A DNA stretch of 64,000 bases from Histomonas meleagridis 2922-C6/04-290x (taxonomy: Eukaryota > Protista > Parabasalia): positions 992,001 to 1,056,000 of the forward strand of contig JAANOX010000153.1 of the NCBI GenBank assembly GCA_020184695.1, given 5' to 3'. The position numbers and the translations under genes were made by a program. The notes below the pieces were generated by a model, which was not told where the DNA came from, did no database searches, and saw nothing but the letters and a program-made list of their open reading frames with translations. Numbering within the stretch: the stretch's first letter is position 1; each line of letters begins with the position of its first letter. This document shows, in pieces, positions 32,800 through 44,600 of this stretch.

Positions 32800-33235
32800 T
32801 AACTTCGAGTTCCTTTTGTTTAGATCCGAATGTAGCGAGCGTGCCATTGATTTCCTTGTTAATTGTGTCCTTATCTGAGAATGCGTTAGCGAACTGTTCT
32901 TAAAACATGACATTCAGAATAAGACTTTTCGTTAGACTGAATGCAATGGCAGCTGTTGTGGCTCTTTAATAATACGAAGAACATTTAGTCCGGCTATGGC
33001 ACCTGCATCTTTTGTAGCGATGACGTTACCATCATTGAAATATGTCGGAACTGTAATAACTGCATCTTTGACTTTGTCTGTAAGTTGACTTTCTGCAATT
33101 TTTTTCATTTTTCCTGATAGCACTGCTGAGATTTCTTCGGGATAAAATCGTTTCGTTTCAGCTTTCCATTGGACTGCTTTCCCACGAGTAACTTTAAATG
33201 ATCAATGTTGCATATATTTTTGAACAACTGGATAA
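32800..33235 (-). pseudogene. HSP70 pseudogene with ~1.1-kb internal deletion
   Basis: 32910-33235 is similar to 56826-57180 ([22 protein letters not shown]); 32800-32900 is similar to 55613-55750. Confidence 0.8.
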
Positions 33236-33838
33236 AAAATATCTTTAATTGTTTGAAATATGACAATTTTCATTTGGATGAATATTTCTTTAAAATTCAT
33301 TAAACTCAATAAAAGTATTTTTACAAATTTATATATTATTGTTATTAAAGGAATTTCATTATTTATTAATATGTTAATTTGAAATTCCATAAATTTTTGA
33401 ATTTCATTTTTAAAAATTGTTTCCAAATTTGGAATGTTTGAAATGTAAAACTTACAAGAAATTTGGCTTTTATTTACATTTTTTGCTTAGTTAAAGCTAC
33501 TTAAGTAGAGATTATGTTTTAATAAATAATTTGAAATCAACTGATAGAAAATGTCATGAATTTTGCTACTTGCTGGTAATTTTTTTTTGTTTTTTAGTAT
33601 CTTATATCTTATATGTGATTTTAAGTTTAGGTCAAATATTCTTTTATATTTGCAAAAATTTCAATAAGATATCTTTATTAAATAGATAACCTAAAATAAA
33701 AAAAATTTTAAAGGAAAAATTCTTTTGAATTACAATGCTAATGTCTAAATTTTTTAAACAAAGAATGATTTACCGAACCAAAAGGCATTTGGTCATTTGT
33801 CAAAACCGAAAAATCGGTTTAGAATAACAACACATTAT

Positions 33839-35035
33839 ATGCTCCCAAACCAACCACAAGAGAAACATTTTGATGTGCAGAATCTCTTGATTGATATGAC
33901 GAAAATTCATAACTTAGCTCAAAAATTTGGATATCCAAATTCTGCATCTGAATTTACAATAAAAATGGAAACTTTGAGTGAATTAAAGGACGAATTGGGA
34001 GCTATTCTCAAAGCCATTCAAGATTCATCAGAATTATATTCTTTTCAATATCAAGATATAATTAAACCAAGCATCCAAGGAACCAATTCAATGTCTACAA
34101 ACGAAGTAACAAATCAAAATCGAAAGCTCAAGGTTTCCCAGAGCGCAGAGTTATCTACCAAACCACCAGATTCTAAACCTAAAGTTCAAGCTAAACCATC
34201 AATACCCAGTCACACACAATCACATGCCAACCTACAAAAGGAGATTAGACACACCAAAGTTTCATCACACGAAAATACCAGAGTTGAAAGATCAGCACGA
34301 AACCAAGTACAACCACATAAACTTGATTTATGGCACAACACAGAATACCTTTTTGGTCCTTTACCATCTGCCAATGATTTTGAACAAGCCTTCAGTGAAA
34401 TGAATTTAATTCAAACTCTCAAAGATCAGCCTAAGGTAACATGTACTGAACACTGGTCGAACAAATTTAAAGATTTTGTTAAGAAACATAAAAATATGCA
34501 GCCACCGCCAGATCCCCAAATTCCATTTAAACAAAACTCTCGATTTTGGGAGAAAAATACTGTTAATTTCCAAGTAGAAGAATGCCAAAGAAAGAAATTA
34601 TCTTCTCTACATCATTTATTAAGTGCATTTGTTATCATTGAAGAAAAAGAAGGCGAAAACCAAGAAAACCGCGAAAAAACCACCGAAAACCGCGCCGGCG
34701 AACGTTTAGATAATGGAGAATTTCAACCTGGAGCGCACGCTTTAATTCCACGTGTTAAGTGTGAAAACTATTACGGATTTTCATTCGAAGAAAGATTAGA
34801 GTTCGAGCTCGAAAGCTTAGGACTTACTGTTAGTGATCAACGACAAATTGCACCATTTGATTCTGAAATTAATTTTAGACTAAACCAAATATCTTTGATC
34901 GAACCGAAGCTTGATCAATACAAAAAGGACATATTAAAAAATCTCGAAAAATTTAAGCGGAAAAGAGAAGAAAGAATTCGGAACTATCAAAAGTCACAAG
35001 AATATTTGGATTCAGTTCTTGGAAATGAATGTTAG
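33839..35035 (+). CDS. Hypothetical protein, possibly ADA3/NGG1-like
   Basis: First ATG at 33839; LHHLLSAFV and FSFEERLEFELESLGL resemble the ADA3 domain. Confidence 0.5.
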   Translation: MLPNQPQEKHFDVQNLLIDMTKIHNLAQKFGYPNSASEFTIKMETLSELKDELGAILKAIQDSSELYSFQYQDIIKPSIQGTNSMSTNEVTNQNRKLKVSQSAELSTKPPDSKPKVQAKPSIPSHTQSHANLQKEIRHTKVSSHENTRVERSARNQVQPHKLDLWHNTEYLFGPLPSANDFEQAFSEMNLIQTLKDQPKVTCTEHWSNKFKDFVKKHKNMQPPPDPQIPFKQNSRFWEKNTVNFQVEECQRKKLSSLHHLLSAFVIIEEKEGENQENREKTTENRAGERLDNGEFQPGAHALIPRVKCENYYGFSFEERLEFELESLGLTVSDQRQIAPFDSEINFRLNQISLIEPKLDQYKKDILKNLEKFKRKREERIRNYQKSQEYLDSVLGNEC

Positions 35036-35595
35036 TAATAAAATATATTGTTTAGAGTTCCATAATGTTTTTGTTTCTGATTGACTTGTTTGATCGAGAA
35101 TATAAAATTGTAATCAATCATATGATCTATTAACATCTAAATTTCCAAACCTTAGGTAAATATATGTTGAACACGTATTCATTCATGAATGAATCCATTG
35201 TGTTTCATCTTCCTCCATCAATTTATTAAATTCATTGTCCACATCTTGATTTACTTCAACGTTTGATGACATGTGTCGATATATAACCATAAATGGATGC
35301 AAATGTTAACAACGAAATTGAATTTATATATTTGCTATAAAATGTAATCCAATGTGTAATAGATAATGATTAAGTTAAAGTGAATGAATGCATTTAAGAG
35401 AAACAATTACTAAATGCATAAGAACCAAAATCATTAACATTTTTACCAATAAAAATTGATTCTAAATTAGTAAAATAAGCGAATGCATTCATAATGCATT
35501 ATTTATCTTTGGATTTCTATTTATTTGATTATTTCTATCCAAATATTCAAGAAAAATTAATGTGAAAGAAAAAACAATTTAGTTAAAATACAAAA

Positions 35596-36198
35596 TTACC
35601 TTTTTCCAGGTTTGTGATACATGTATCGCTGGATTAAGTCATCAGTATCATCAATTTCTTTCTGCTTGTTTTCAAGTTCTTTTGTAGTTTGCATGAGTGC
35701 ATTTGATGATCTTCTAAGCAAATCTGTTATTTTTTCAAGTAACTCGGTTGACGAGGATAACTGCTCTGTTAGTGACATATACTTGGCATGAACATTCGAA
35801 AATTCATCTTTTTTACATAAAATCATTTGATATACTTTTGATAGTTTTCGCATTTTCCTACTCTCTTCAACTAAGCCAATAGAAGACAGTTTAGCTTCAA
35901 GCAATAAACAGGAATCTTTAGATAATTTATCGAATGGGATGAGTTCAAAATAATATTTGGTCATTTCTGGACGTTTTTCAAATAGCGTTAAGAAAAAATG
36001 TGCTAGTTTGGTTGGTTCTGGAAAACTGGTTTCCTCATTCAATAAAATGTTTTGGATATCTTTATCAGAAACCAAGAAAATAACTTCATTTTCGATCAAA
36101 TCGCTCAAACTTTTTGCAATATCATTGTAATATTCTGTTAAATCTTTATTAGATTTTATAATTTCTGTGATTTTTCCAACATTTTCATTTCCACTCAT
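35596..36198 (-). CDS. Hypothetical protein with C-terminal coiled coil
   Basis: 200-aa ATG ORF with heptad-rich C-terminus. Confidence 0.6.
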   Translation of the reverse strand: MSGNENVGKITEIIKSNKDLTEYYNDIAKSLSDLIENEVIFLVSDKDIQNILLNEETSFPEPTKLAHFFLTLFEKRPEMTKYYFELIPFDKLSKDSCLLLEAKLSSIGLVEESRKMRKLSKVYQMILCKKDEFSNVHAKYMSLTEQLSSSTELLEKITDLLRRSSNALMQTTKELENKQKEIDDTDDLIQRYMYHKPGKR

Positions 36199-36349
36199 TC
36201 AGTAAGTTGCCCGTTTATCCACTTAAACAAAGAAGAAAATCTTTCTCAAACAAATCCTTTCCATAAATCGTTGCTTCTTTAAAATATGATTTGTTCTTTT
36301 GTTATAATTTTTTATTCATAAATAAACAGATTTATAACTTTATGATTTA

Positions 36350-37732
36350 TTATTTCTTATTTTTTAAGTTTTCATTCGCTCTTCTCCTAATTCTATCCAC
36401 AGTTGATTCTATTTCATTTTGGATTTCCTCCGCTCTCTCTTTTATATCATCTGTTTTTGTACTTCTCCTTGACACCACGTCCATGAATTTCTCCATCTCG
36501 GGCGTTCTCTTAAACTTTGCGTCGGCCACATTAATTCCATATCCTTGTTTCCCGAAGAACTCTTTGAATCTTTCATCATCAACGTATTCGTTAATTGTAT
36601 CCAAGTCAGCTTCCTTTCGTTTCATTTCTTCTTTCTTTTGCTTCTTCATAAGTTTCGCTGCTTTTGTTGATGCCTCTAAGTTCTGTGGCAATGTATGTTC
36701 GAATGTTACTTCGACTTCTTTCTCGCTTTCGTTTTCTGTTTCATCGCTTTCGTTCGAGATATCAAATTCGCTGTTTACTTCCTCTTCTTCGTTCAACGCA
36801 TCAAGTGTACTTTGTAAGTCTGCACGTGATAGAGGACGCTCGTCTTCACTGCCGCTGCCGAGTATTAATTGCGCTGCAACTTCATCGTCTGGATTCTCCC
36901 AAATGGCTTCAATCGCTTCGGTGCGCTCGCGTGGATTTGAATCCCAGTCTTCGTCGGGTTTTGTTTTGTTAAGGAAATCTGATGAAATATTTGGCATCTC
37001 CCAATTGTCAGGATATGACGTGGCTTCATCTCGAATAGGAAATGTAGTAAAATCTTCGTCGGTTGAAACATATGAAACGTTGAATACATTTCCCGTGGTT
37101 TCGATTTCATTTTGTTGAAGAAGTTTATATGCAAGTTCTGAACAATTAGTTGACTCAAAACAACAGATGGCGAAGTGGCGTTTAAGATTTTCTTTTTCTT
37201 TACGACGCCAAATAGCTATCTGAATTTCTTCATCAACATTTTGGGGTGGACCTTCTGGTTCTTCAGGGTGTTCTTGACCATATTTTGATACATAAACAGT
37301 AACTGAAAGAAGTTCATTGGATCTGTCTTCAAGAACTTTGGAAATAATTGCAAAAATATCTGTGGCGGTGATTTTTTTCCAAGGAAGATCAATTATTGCT
37401 AAACGGTTGGACGTTTCAGTTCCATAAACCTCGGAATCTGATTCTGTAAGTGGAAGTGCTTCTTTAGGAATGAGTGATTCAATATCTTCATCTTCATCAG
37501 ATGAACTTTCATATTTTTCAAATGCTTCTGGTGATACTGGACGCCCATACATATCAACAGGTGGTGGTTTTTCAATTGGCGTTTCTAAGTTAGCAAATCT
37601 GGAATCAAAACCATCTTTTTGAACATTTTGTTTTTTATTTTTAAAGTGCTTTCTTTTTTTATGTTTTCTTTGGTTCTGTTGATTATTATTATTATTATTT
37701 TTAATGTTGGGGTCTTTGGTCTTGCTGCTCAT
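36350..37732 (-). CDS. ESF1: Pre-rRNA processing protein ESF1
   Basis: DSRFA, VDMYGRP, TSNRLAIIDLPWKKITATDIF, LSVTVYVSKYG, NUC153-like DDERFKEFF...YGIN. Confidence 0.85.
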   Translation of the reverse strand: MSSKTKDPNIKNNNNNNQQNQRKHKKRKHFKNKKQNVQKDGFDSRFANLETPIEKPPPVDMYGRPVSPEAFEKYESSSDEDEDIESLIPKEALPLTESDSEVYGTETSNRLAIIDLPWKKITATDIFAIISKVLEDRSNELLSVTVYVSKYGQEHPEEPEGPPQNVDEEIQIAIWRRKEKENLKRHFAICCFESTNCSELAYKLLQQNEIETTGNVFNVSYVSTDEDFTTFPIRDEATSYPDNWEMPNISSDFLNKTKPDEDWDSNPRERTEAIEAIWENPDDEVAAQLILGSGSEDERPLSRADLQSTLDALNEEEEVNSEFDISNESDETENESEKEVEVTFEHTLPQNLEASTKAAKLMKKQKKEEMKRKEADLDTINEYVDDERFKEFFGKQGYGINVADAKFKRTPEMEKFMDVVSRRSTKTDDIKERAEEIQNEIESTVDRIRRRANENLKNKK

Positions 37733-37830
37733 TAATGAACAAAACCAATTGAATGCTTTGTTTGGTTTTCTGAAATTTTGTGACCATTCAAACTATAGAA
37801 AGTAAACTTTTTAAAAAACATTCACAAACA

Positions 37831-38796
37831 ATGAAAAAGCAAAAGATTAAGTTCTCATGCTTAACAACATATTTTCAAGCAGTAATAGATGATATTAATA
37901 ATGGATATGCAAGTTATATTGCATTCTTTGAAGGTTTATCTCAATATTTTGCATCATTGCAAAAACATTTAGACGGATTATCAAAAACACTTAAAAGCTC
38001 AAATGTATCTCCTCGATTTAATGAAAGCGTAACAACACTAACAAATGTGACATCCAAAGTTGAGGAAAAATTTTTCACAACAGAAACTAAAGATTTAATA
38101 TTAAAGTTTCAAAATGATTATGAGAAATATAAAAACTCTTCAAACATGCTCAAAGACGGAGCAACAGCACTTTCTAAAGAAATGAGAGCAAATATTACAA
38201 ATTTTCAAATTCTATTAGCTAAAACACAAAAGGCTAATTCATATTCTATTGATTTTCATGGAGAACTAATTAAATTTTATACTTCATTTATGAGCCAAAC
38301 AGCACGAGGTAAACAATTAATTGAACAATTGATTCATGTTTCAAAAAAAGCAATTTCTAGAATTTCTACCCGTTCAAAGCAAATAGTTGATTCTATTAAA
38401 AAACAATGCCAATTGATTAAGAAGCATAAAAGCAAAAGTTGCAAAGAAGAATTACATTCAATTACAGAATTAAAGAAAGCTGAAATTGAACAATTCGCAT
38501 TCGAAAAGGTTCTTGAGATGTATGTTTTCCCACATTGTCCAACAGTAATTCATTCGCAGTTACAAGTTCCAAGAGTGAATTATTTTGAATTGCAAAATGA
38601 ACTGAACAAAAAAGTTTCTGCAAAGATGAGGTATGGCCTAAGAACTATTGATAAATTTGGAAGACAAATAGAGTTAAGACAGAGCGAAACTGTTGAAATT
38701 CTCGAAACAGACGGATTTTCAGAGAACGTTAACGTCCAAAAAGCCGATAAAACAATATGTACTGTTCCATCAGACTCTATATTCTTGAAATTATAA
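37831..38796 (+). CDS. Helical (BAR-like) protein with possible C-terminal SH3-like domain
   Basis: First ATG at 37831; long amphipathic helices followed by IELRQSETVEILE...CTVPSDSI. Confidence 0.45.
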   Translation: MKKQKIKFSCLTTYFQAVIDDINNGYASYIAFFEGLSQYFASLQKHLDGLSKTLKSSNVSPRFNESVTTLTNVTSKVEEKFFTTETKDLILKFQNDYEKYKNSSNMLKDGATALSKEMRANITNFQILLAKTQKANSYSIDFHGELIKFYTSFMSQTARGKQLIEQLIHVSKKAISRISTRSKQIVDSIKKQCQLIKKHKSKSCKEELHSITELKKAEIEQFAFEKVLEMYVFPHCPTVIHSQLQVPRVNYFELQNELNKKVSAKMRYGLRTIDKFGRQIELRQSETVEILETDGFSENVNVQKADKTICTVPSDSIFLKL

Positions 38797-39090
38797 ACAT
38801 TTATTATGTCATTTTTATTTTATCAGAAAAAATCGTTTTTATATGTGAGAACAAGAGATATATCGTGTAATTAAAATTTATTAAAATGAATTTAGAAACA
38901 TTCCTTAATAAAAAGTTATACAATTTTTTTAAGCAAGTTAATCGTTATGGTTTCATTTGATAATAAAATTAAGTTAGTTTTTAATCAATAAAAAATTGTA
39001 CAAAGTAAATATTCGAAAAAAAAATAACACAATACTTTGTGCACGAATGTAAATGTTAAAACAAATATAAGTCAGAATATATCCATATAT

Positions 39091-39953
39091 TTACTGGAAG
39101 ACACATTTGGAACCATTTAATTCCTTTTGTTTAGAAACTATCAATTTTTTTATATAATCATATTTGAAAGCAACACTAACTGCTGTATAAAATATTTTAA
39201 ATAATTTCCAAATATTATTTTGAAACATAAAATTATTAAAATGAATATTAAATAAAACAAATAAATATCTTTAGCATTAATATCAATTCCTTCTTGTTCA
39301 AGAAGTAATTTAACTATTTCTGTATAACCATCTCTATTTTTTAGATGCATACATAAGTGCTGTTTTATATATTTTAAATAATTTCCAAATATTATTTTGA
39401 AATATAAAATTATTTAAATAAATTTCAAATAAAACAGATGAATGTCTTTAACATTAATATCAACTGCTTCTTGCTCAAGAAGTAATTTAACTATTTCTGT
39501 ATGTCCATTTTCAGATGCATACATAAGTGCTGTTACAAATATTTTAAATAATTTCCAAATATTATTTTGTAATCCAAAATTATTAAGATAAATATCAAAT
39601 AAAACAAATAAATATTTTTAGCATTAATATCAATTCCTTCTTGTTCAAGAAGTAATTTAACTATTTCTGTATAACCATCTCTAGATTCATACATAAGTGC
39701 TGTTCTAAATAATTTAAATAATTTCCAAATATTATTTTGTAATCCAAAATTATTAAGATAAATATCAAATAAAACATATGAATATCTTTAGCATTAATAT
39801 CAATTCCTTCTTGTTCAAGAAGTAATTTAACTATTTTTATATAACCTTTTTCAGATGCAATCATAAGTGCTGTTTTATATAATTTAAATAATTTTTAAAT
39901 ATTATTTTGAAATATAAAATTATTTAAATAAATTTTGAATAAAACAAATGAAT
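39091..39953 (-). repeat. Second ankyrin module/80-nt spacer array: 4 modules plus a terminal capping module
   Basis: All five spacers exactly 80 nt; modules at 39784-39873, 39614-39703, 39444-39533, 39267-39363 (7-nt insertion); terminal TAVSVAFKYDYIKKLIVSKQKELNGSKCVFQ* at 39091-39186. Confidence 0.9.
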
Positions 39954-41108
39954 ATCTTTAGCATTAATATCAATTCCTTCTTGTTCAAGAAGTAATTTAA
40001 CTATTTCTATATTGCCAATTTCAGAAGAAGCAACAAATGCTTTTCCAAGATCAATATTTTCAAGGAAGCATTTGAGTGAAAGAACATCACAATTTTTTAT
40101 TATATCAGAAGAAATTTCAACTAATTTTATATTCTCATTTTCTTTAAAAAACAAAAACAATTCATAATTATAAGAAGAAATACATTTTTTCACCAACTGA
40201 TTAATATTTAGAGTACCAAAAATTTTATTTTCATAAATATAATCAAAGATATCATTTCGATGAAATTCTATTACATTTTCAAGTGAATCCGAGAATGATG
40301 AATGGTTTTGTTCACATAAATGAATAACTTCAAGATTTCCACCTGCAACTGCATATTTCCCGGTATTCATTAACCTAGAATTATTTAATAATAAATATTT
40401 GAAACATTTAATTGATCCAAAAAATGCTGCATAATCAATTAATGTAACAGCATTTTGATTAATATATGAAAATCTTTCATAAAGTGATGGTTTAATTAGC
40501 TGACTAAAATTAAAATTTTCTTGTGATGCTATTTCCTGAAGTTTTTCTATTTCATCATTTCGAATTATTTTTGCAATTTCATTCGGATTAACTCCTTCTT
40601 TAATTAATTTCTTATGAAGTTCCCAATCATTCATTGATAGCTTTTTAATATTACATTTTATCTCATCATTAAATTGATAAAAATTAAAGTTTGATGATTC
40701 AATTTCATTTTGAGTTTTATAATGTATAAAATATAATGTTTTCTTGTTTTTAACTATGCTTGGGTTTATCATTTCTTTTTCGATCAACTTCTCAAGTAAA
40801 AAATTTGATTCTTGTGTACCTAAATCTAGAAGTAATTGTGTAAAATTATCGATAATAGTTTGGTTTTCTTTTTGATTCATAACATTTATAAAATTTAAAC
40901 ATATATTAAAGTCAAGTATTCTCGCTACAAAATATCTGTAGATTAAATTGCATAAGGTGTAATTTATTGAATTAATATCAAATGAACTTAAAATCCTCGT
41001 TACTGTCTCCTCTATATTTGTAATATTTAATTCCAGTATGATTTTTTGAATTAACACTAGGTCTTGAAGGCATTTCTCTTGTTCTTCATTTGATAACTTC
41101 TGTTCCAT
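39924..41108 (-). CDS. DUF3447-type ankyrin-repeat protein N-terminal part, paralog of 19527-20741
   Basis: LIDYAAFFGSIKCFKYLL, YAVAGGNLEV; ends GIDINAKDIHLFYSKFI* inside the first spacer. Confidence 0.85.
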   Translation of the reverse strand: MEQKLSNEEQEKCLQDLVLIQKIILELNITNIEETVTRILSSFDINSINYTLCNLIYRYFVARILDFNICLNFINVMNQKENQTIIDNFTQLLLDLGTQESNFLLEKLIEKEMINPSIVKNKKTLYFIHYKTQNEIESSNFNFYQFNDEIKCNIKKLSMNDWELHKKLIKEGVNPNEIAKIIRNDEIEKLQEIASQENFNFSQLIKPSLYERFSYINQNAVTLIDYAAFFGSIKCFKYLLLNNSRLMNTGKYAVAGGNLEVIHLCEQNHSSFSDSLENVIEFHRNDIFDYIYENKIFGTLNINQLVKKCISSYNYELFLFFKENENIKLVEISSDIIKNCDVLSLKCFLENIDLGKAFVASSEIGNIEIVKLLLEQEGIDINAKDIHLFYSKFI

Positions 41109-41616
41109 TGCAACACCAGATCTATTTTCCCAAGATATGCTTTTTACATAGTTTACATTTTCTCAAAAAAACAAAAGTACAAAACTGCCAGAAGATTCGT
41201 TTTTTTTATCTAGATACGTTAATTTTTTTGGTGACAAATTGGGAAAAAAGAAAAACATGAATATTCTCTTGAAATACCCAAATTTGAAAATTTGTAGTAT
41301 CAATTTTAATGTCATCATAGCAAGGTAAAAGTGATTATAAATTAAAAGGAAATAATTCATTATTTTCTTATTTAAATAGGTCAATTTTTTGAGGGGCAAA
41401 TTTTTTAACTCAAAACAGATAATACTATTCTATATTTATTATTAATATATGATTTATATTCATATCATTCGAACGCACCCATAGGGCTAATTTTTATTGA
41501 TTTTATCATAAACCTCATGATGTTGAATATTTTGTTTTACTTCAATGAATTTATGCAAAATTTTATAATTAAAAGTTAATTTTATTTTATATATCAAGTG
41601 AATTACTCGATTCATA

Positions 41617-44600
41617 TTAATCACTTTCTGTAAGGTGCATTGAAGGCGGCCTCCTACGTTTCACTGTAGCACGACGACGTATTGGAAGTCCGTTTGTGCT
41701 TGGTGGAGTGCTTGTGTTAATGTTTTCATTTGCATTCGAAAGAGGTGAATCAACACGTGTACCCATTTCGGGAGTGATTGAAATTTTATCTCCGACGCCA
41801 AGTGAACTGTGCCGAAGGTGAATGGGGGCGCCAAGTGGCGCCTTAAACTGTCCGGCAAGTGCGCGGATGCGCGATGAGGAACGACGCTGTGGGGCAAGCG
41901 GATCCGTGCGGGAAATGGCGTTATCGGACTTCTTTCGTGCTTCTTCTTCAGCTTTAATTCTTGCTTCTTCTTCAGCCTTTCTCTTAGCTTCTTCTTCAGC
42001 CTTTCTCTTAGCTTCTTCTTCAGCTTTAATTCTTGCTTCTTCTTCAGCCTTTCTCTTAGCTTCTTCTTCAGCTTTAATTCTTGCTTCCTCTTCAGCTTTA
42101 ATTCTTGCTTCTTCCTCAGCCTTTAGACGTGCTTCTTCCTCAGCTTTAATTCTTGCTTCTTCCTCAGCCTTTAGACGTGCTTCCTCTTCAGCTTTTATAC
42201 GTGCTTCTTCCTCAGCTTTTAGCCGTGCTTCTTCTTCAGCTTTTATACGTGCTTCTTCCTCAGCCTTTCTCTTAGCTTCTTCCTCAGCCTTTAGACGTGC
42301 TTCTTCCTCAGCCTTTATACGTGCTTCTTTCTCAGCTTTTAGACGTGCTTCTTCCTCATCTTTTAGACGTGCTTCTTCCTCAGCTTTTAGACGTGCTTCT
42401 TCTTCAGCTTTTATACGTGCTTCTTCTTCAGCTTTTATACGTGCTTCTTCCTCAGCCTTTCTCTTAGCTTCTTCCTCAGCCTTTAGACGTGCTTCTTCCT
42501 CAGCCTTTCTCTTAGCTTCTTCCTCAGCCTTTCTCTTAGCTTCTTCCTCATCTTTTAGACGTGCTTCTTCTTCAGCCTTTAGGCGTGCTTCTTCTTCAGC
42601 TTTTATACGTGCTTCTTCCTCAGCCTTTCTCTTGGCTTCTTCCTCAGCTTTAATTCTTGCTTCCTCTTCAGCTTTAATTTTTGCTTTTTCTTTATTCGTT
42701 TTATTTTCGATTGTTATTCCAGAAAATAAATCATCTTCATCAAATAAAGAATTTTGTATAACAAACTTTTGTTTTGGCTTTGGTTTAATTTTGTTTTCTT
42801 CTTTTACTTCTTCAGTTACTATTTCAATTTCATTATTCTTTTCATTTTCATTTGAATCCTTAATTTCTTCTTGTACTGCTTCTTTTGGTGGTTCTTCTTT
42901 TTCTGTTTTAATTTCTTCTTTATCTACATTATTTTTCTTTTGCTTTTTTTCTATTTTTATTCCAGAAAATAGATCATCTTCATCAAATAATGAATTTTGT
43001 ATAACAAACTTTTGTTTTGGCTTTGGTTTAATTTTGTTTTCTTCTTTTACTTCTCCAGTCTCTATACAGATTTCGTTATTCTTTTCATTTGAATCATTAA
43101 TATCATTTTGTATTATTCCCTTTGTTGATTTTTCTTTTCCTGGTATATCTTCTTCAGGAACAACATCGGATTCTTTTGGTTCTATTGCTTCATTTGATTT
43201 ACCTTCTGGTTTTATTCCAGAAAATAGATCATCTTCATCAAATAATGAATTTTGTGTAATAAGATTTTGTTTTGGCTTTGGTTTAATTTTGTTTTCTTCT
43301 TTTACTTCTTCATTCTTTGTGTGAATTTCAATATTTAATTTATTTTCGTTTGAATTTGTAATTTCTTCTTGTAATGCTTCTTTTGATGGTTCTTCTTTTT
43401 CTGTTTTAATTTCTTTTTCAGGAGCAATATTAACTTCTTTTGGTATTATTTCTTCATTCGTTTTATTTTCGATTGTTATCCCTGAAAATATATCATCTTC
43501 ATCAAATAATGAATTTTTCATAATAAGTCTTTGTTTTGGCTTTTGTTTAATTTTGTTTTCTTCTTTTGGTTCTTCAGTTACAATTTCATTTTCATTATTC
43601 TTTTCATTTTCGTTTGAATTCGTGATTTCTTCTTGTAATGCTTCTTTTGGTTGTTCTTCTTTTTCTGTTTTGATTTCTTTTTCAGGAACAACATCAATTT
43701 GTTTTGGATTTTCTTCTTTATCTTCTTCATTTTTCTTTTTTTCTATTTTCTTCTTTGGAACTCTTTTTCGTTTTGGTTCTTCATCAAATAGATTTGTTTG
43801 TGCCTTCTTTTTACGAGGAATTTCTTCTATAAACAACAAAGAACCCGACTGTTTGCTACGTGGATTTTTCGTTCTTGATGAACTTTTACTGAAAAACGCT
43901 TTATCAAGACTGTCTTCTTGTTTGCTACTAGAATTACTTAAAACTTTGTTAGATGCTTTGGATGATTCATCAAGACCAAAGAGTATATCTTTGTTTGCAG
44001 TTTTTGCATTTTGTTTTTTAGCAAACAACGATTTCTCTTTTGAATCTGCTTCATCATCAAATAACGAATTACTTTTCACTTTTTTGTTGTTCATATTTTT
44101 ATCATTTGTTTCTGTTTCATCAAATAATGAATTGCCTTTCGTATTTACCTTATCTTCGAATAATGATTTGCCCTTTGAGTTATCAAAAAATTTATCATTT
44201 GTTTCTGTTTCATCAAATAATGAATTGCCTTTCGTATTTACCTTATCTTCGAATAATGATTTTCCCCTTGAGTTATCAAATAATTTATTATTTGTTTCTG
44301 TTTCATCAAATAATGAATTGCCTTTCGTATTTACCTTATCTTCAAATAATGATTTTCCCCTTGAGTTATCAAATAATTTATTATTTGTTTCTGCTTCGTC
44401 AAATAATGAATTGCCTTTCGTATTTACCTTATCGTCGAATAATGATTTTTCTTTTGTCTTTGAGTTATCAACGAATATATCATTCGATTCTGGTTCATCA
44501 AATAACAAATTACTTTTTGCTTTTTTGTTATCTACAGCTTTATTATTTGTCTCTATTTCATCGAATAATGTATTAGCTTTTGTCTTTGATTTATTTTCGA

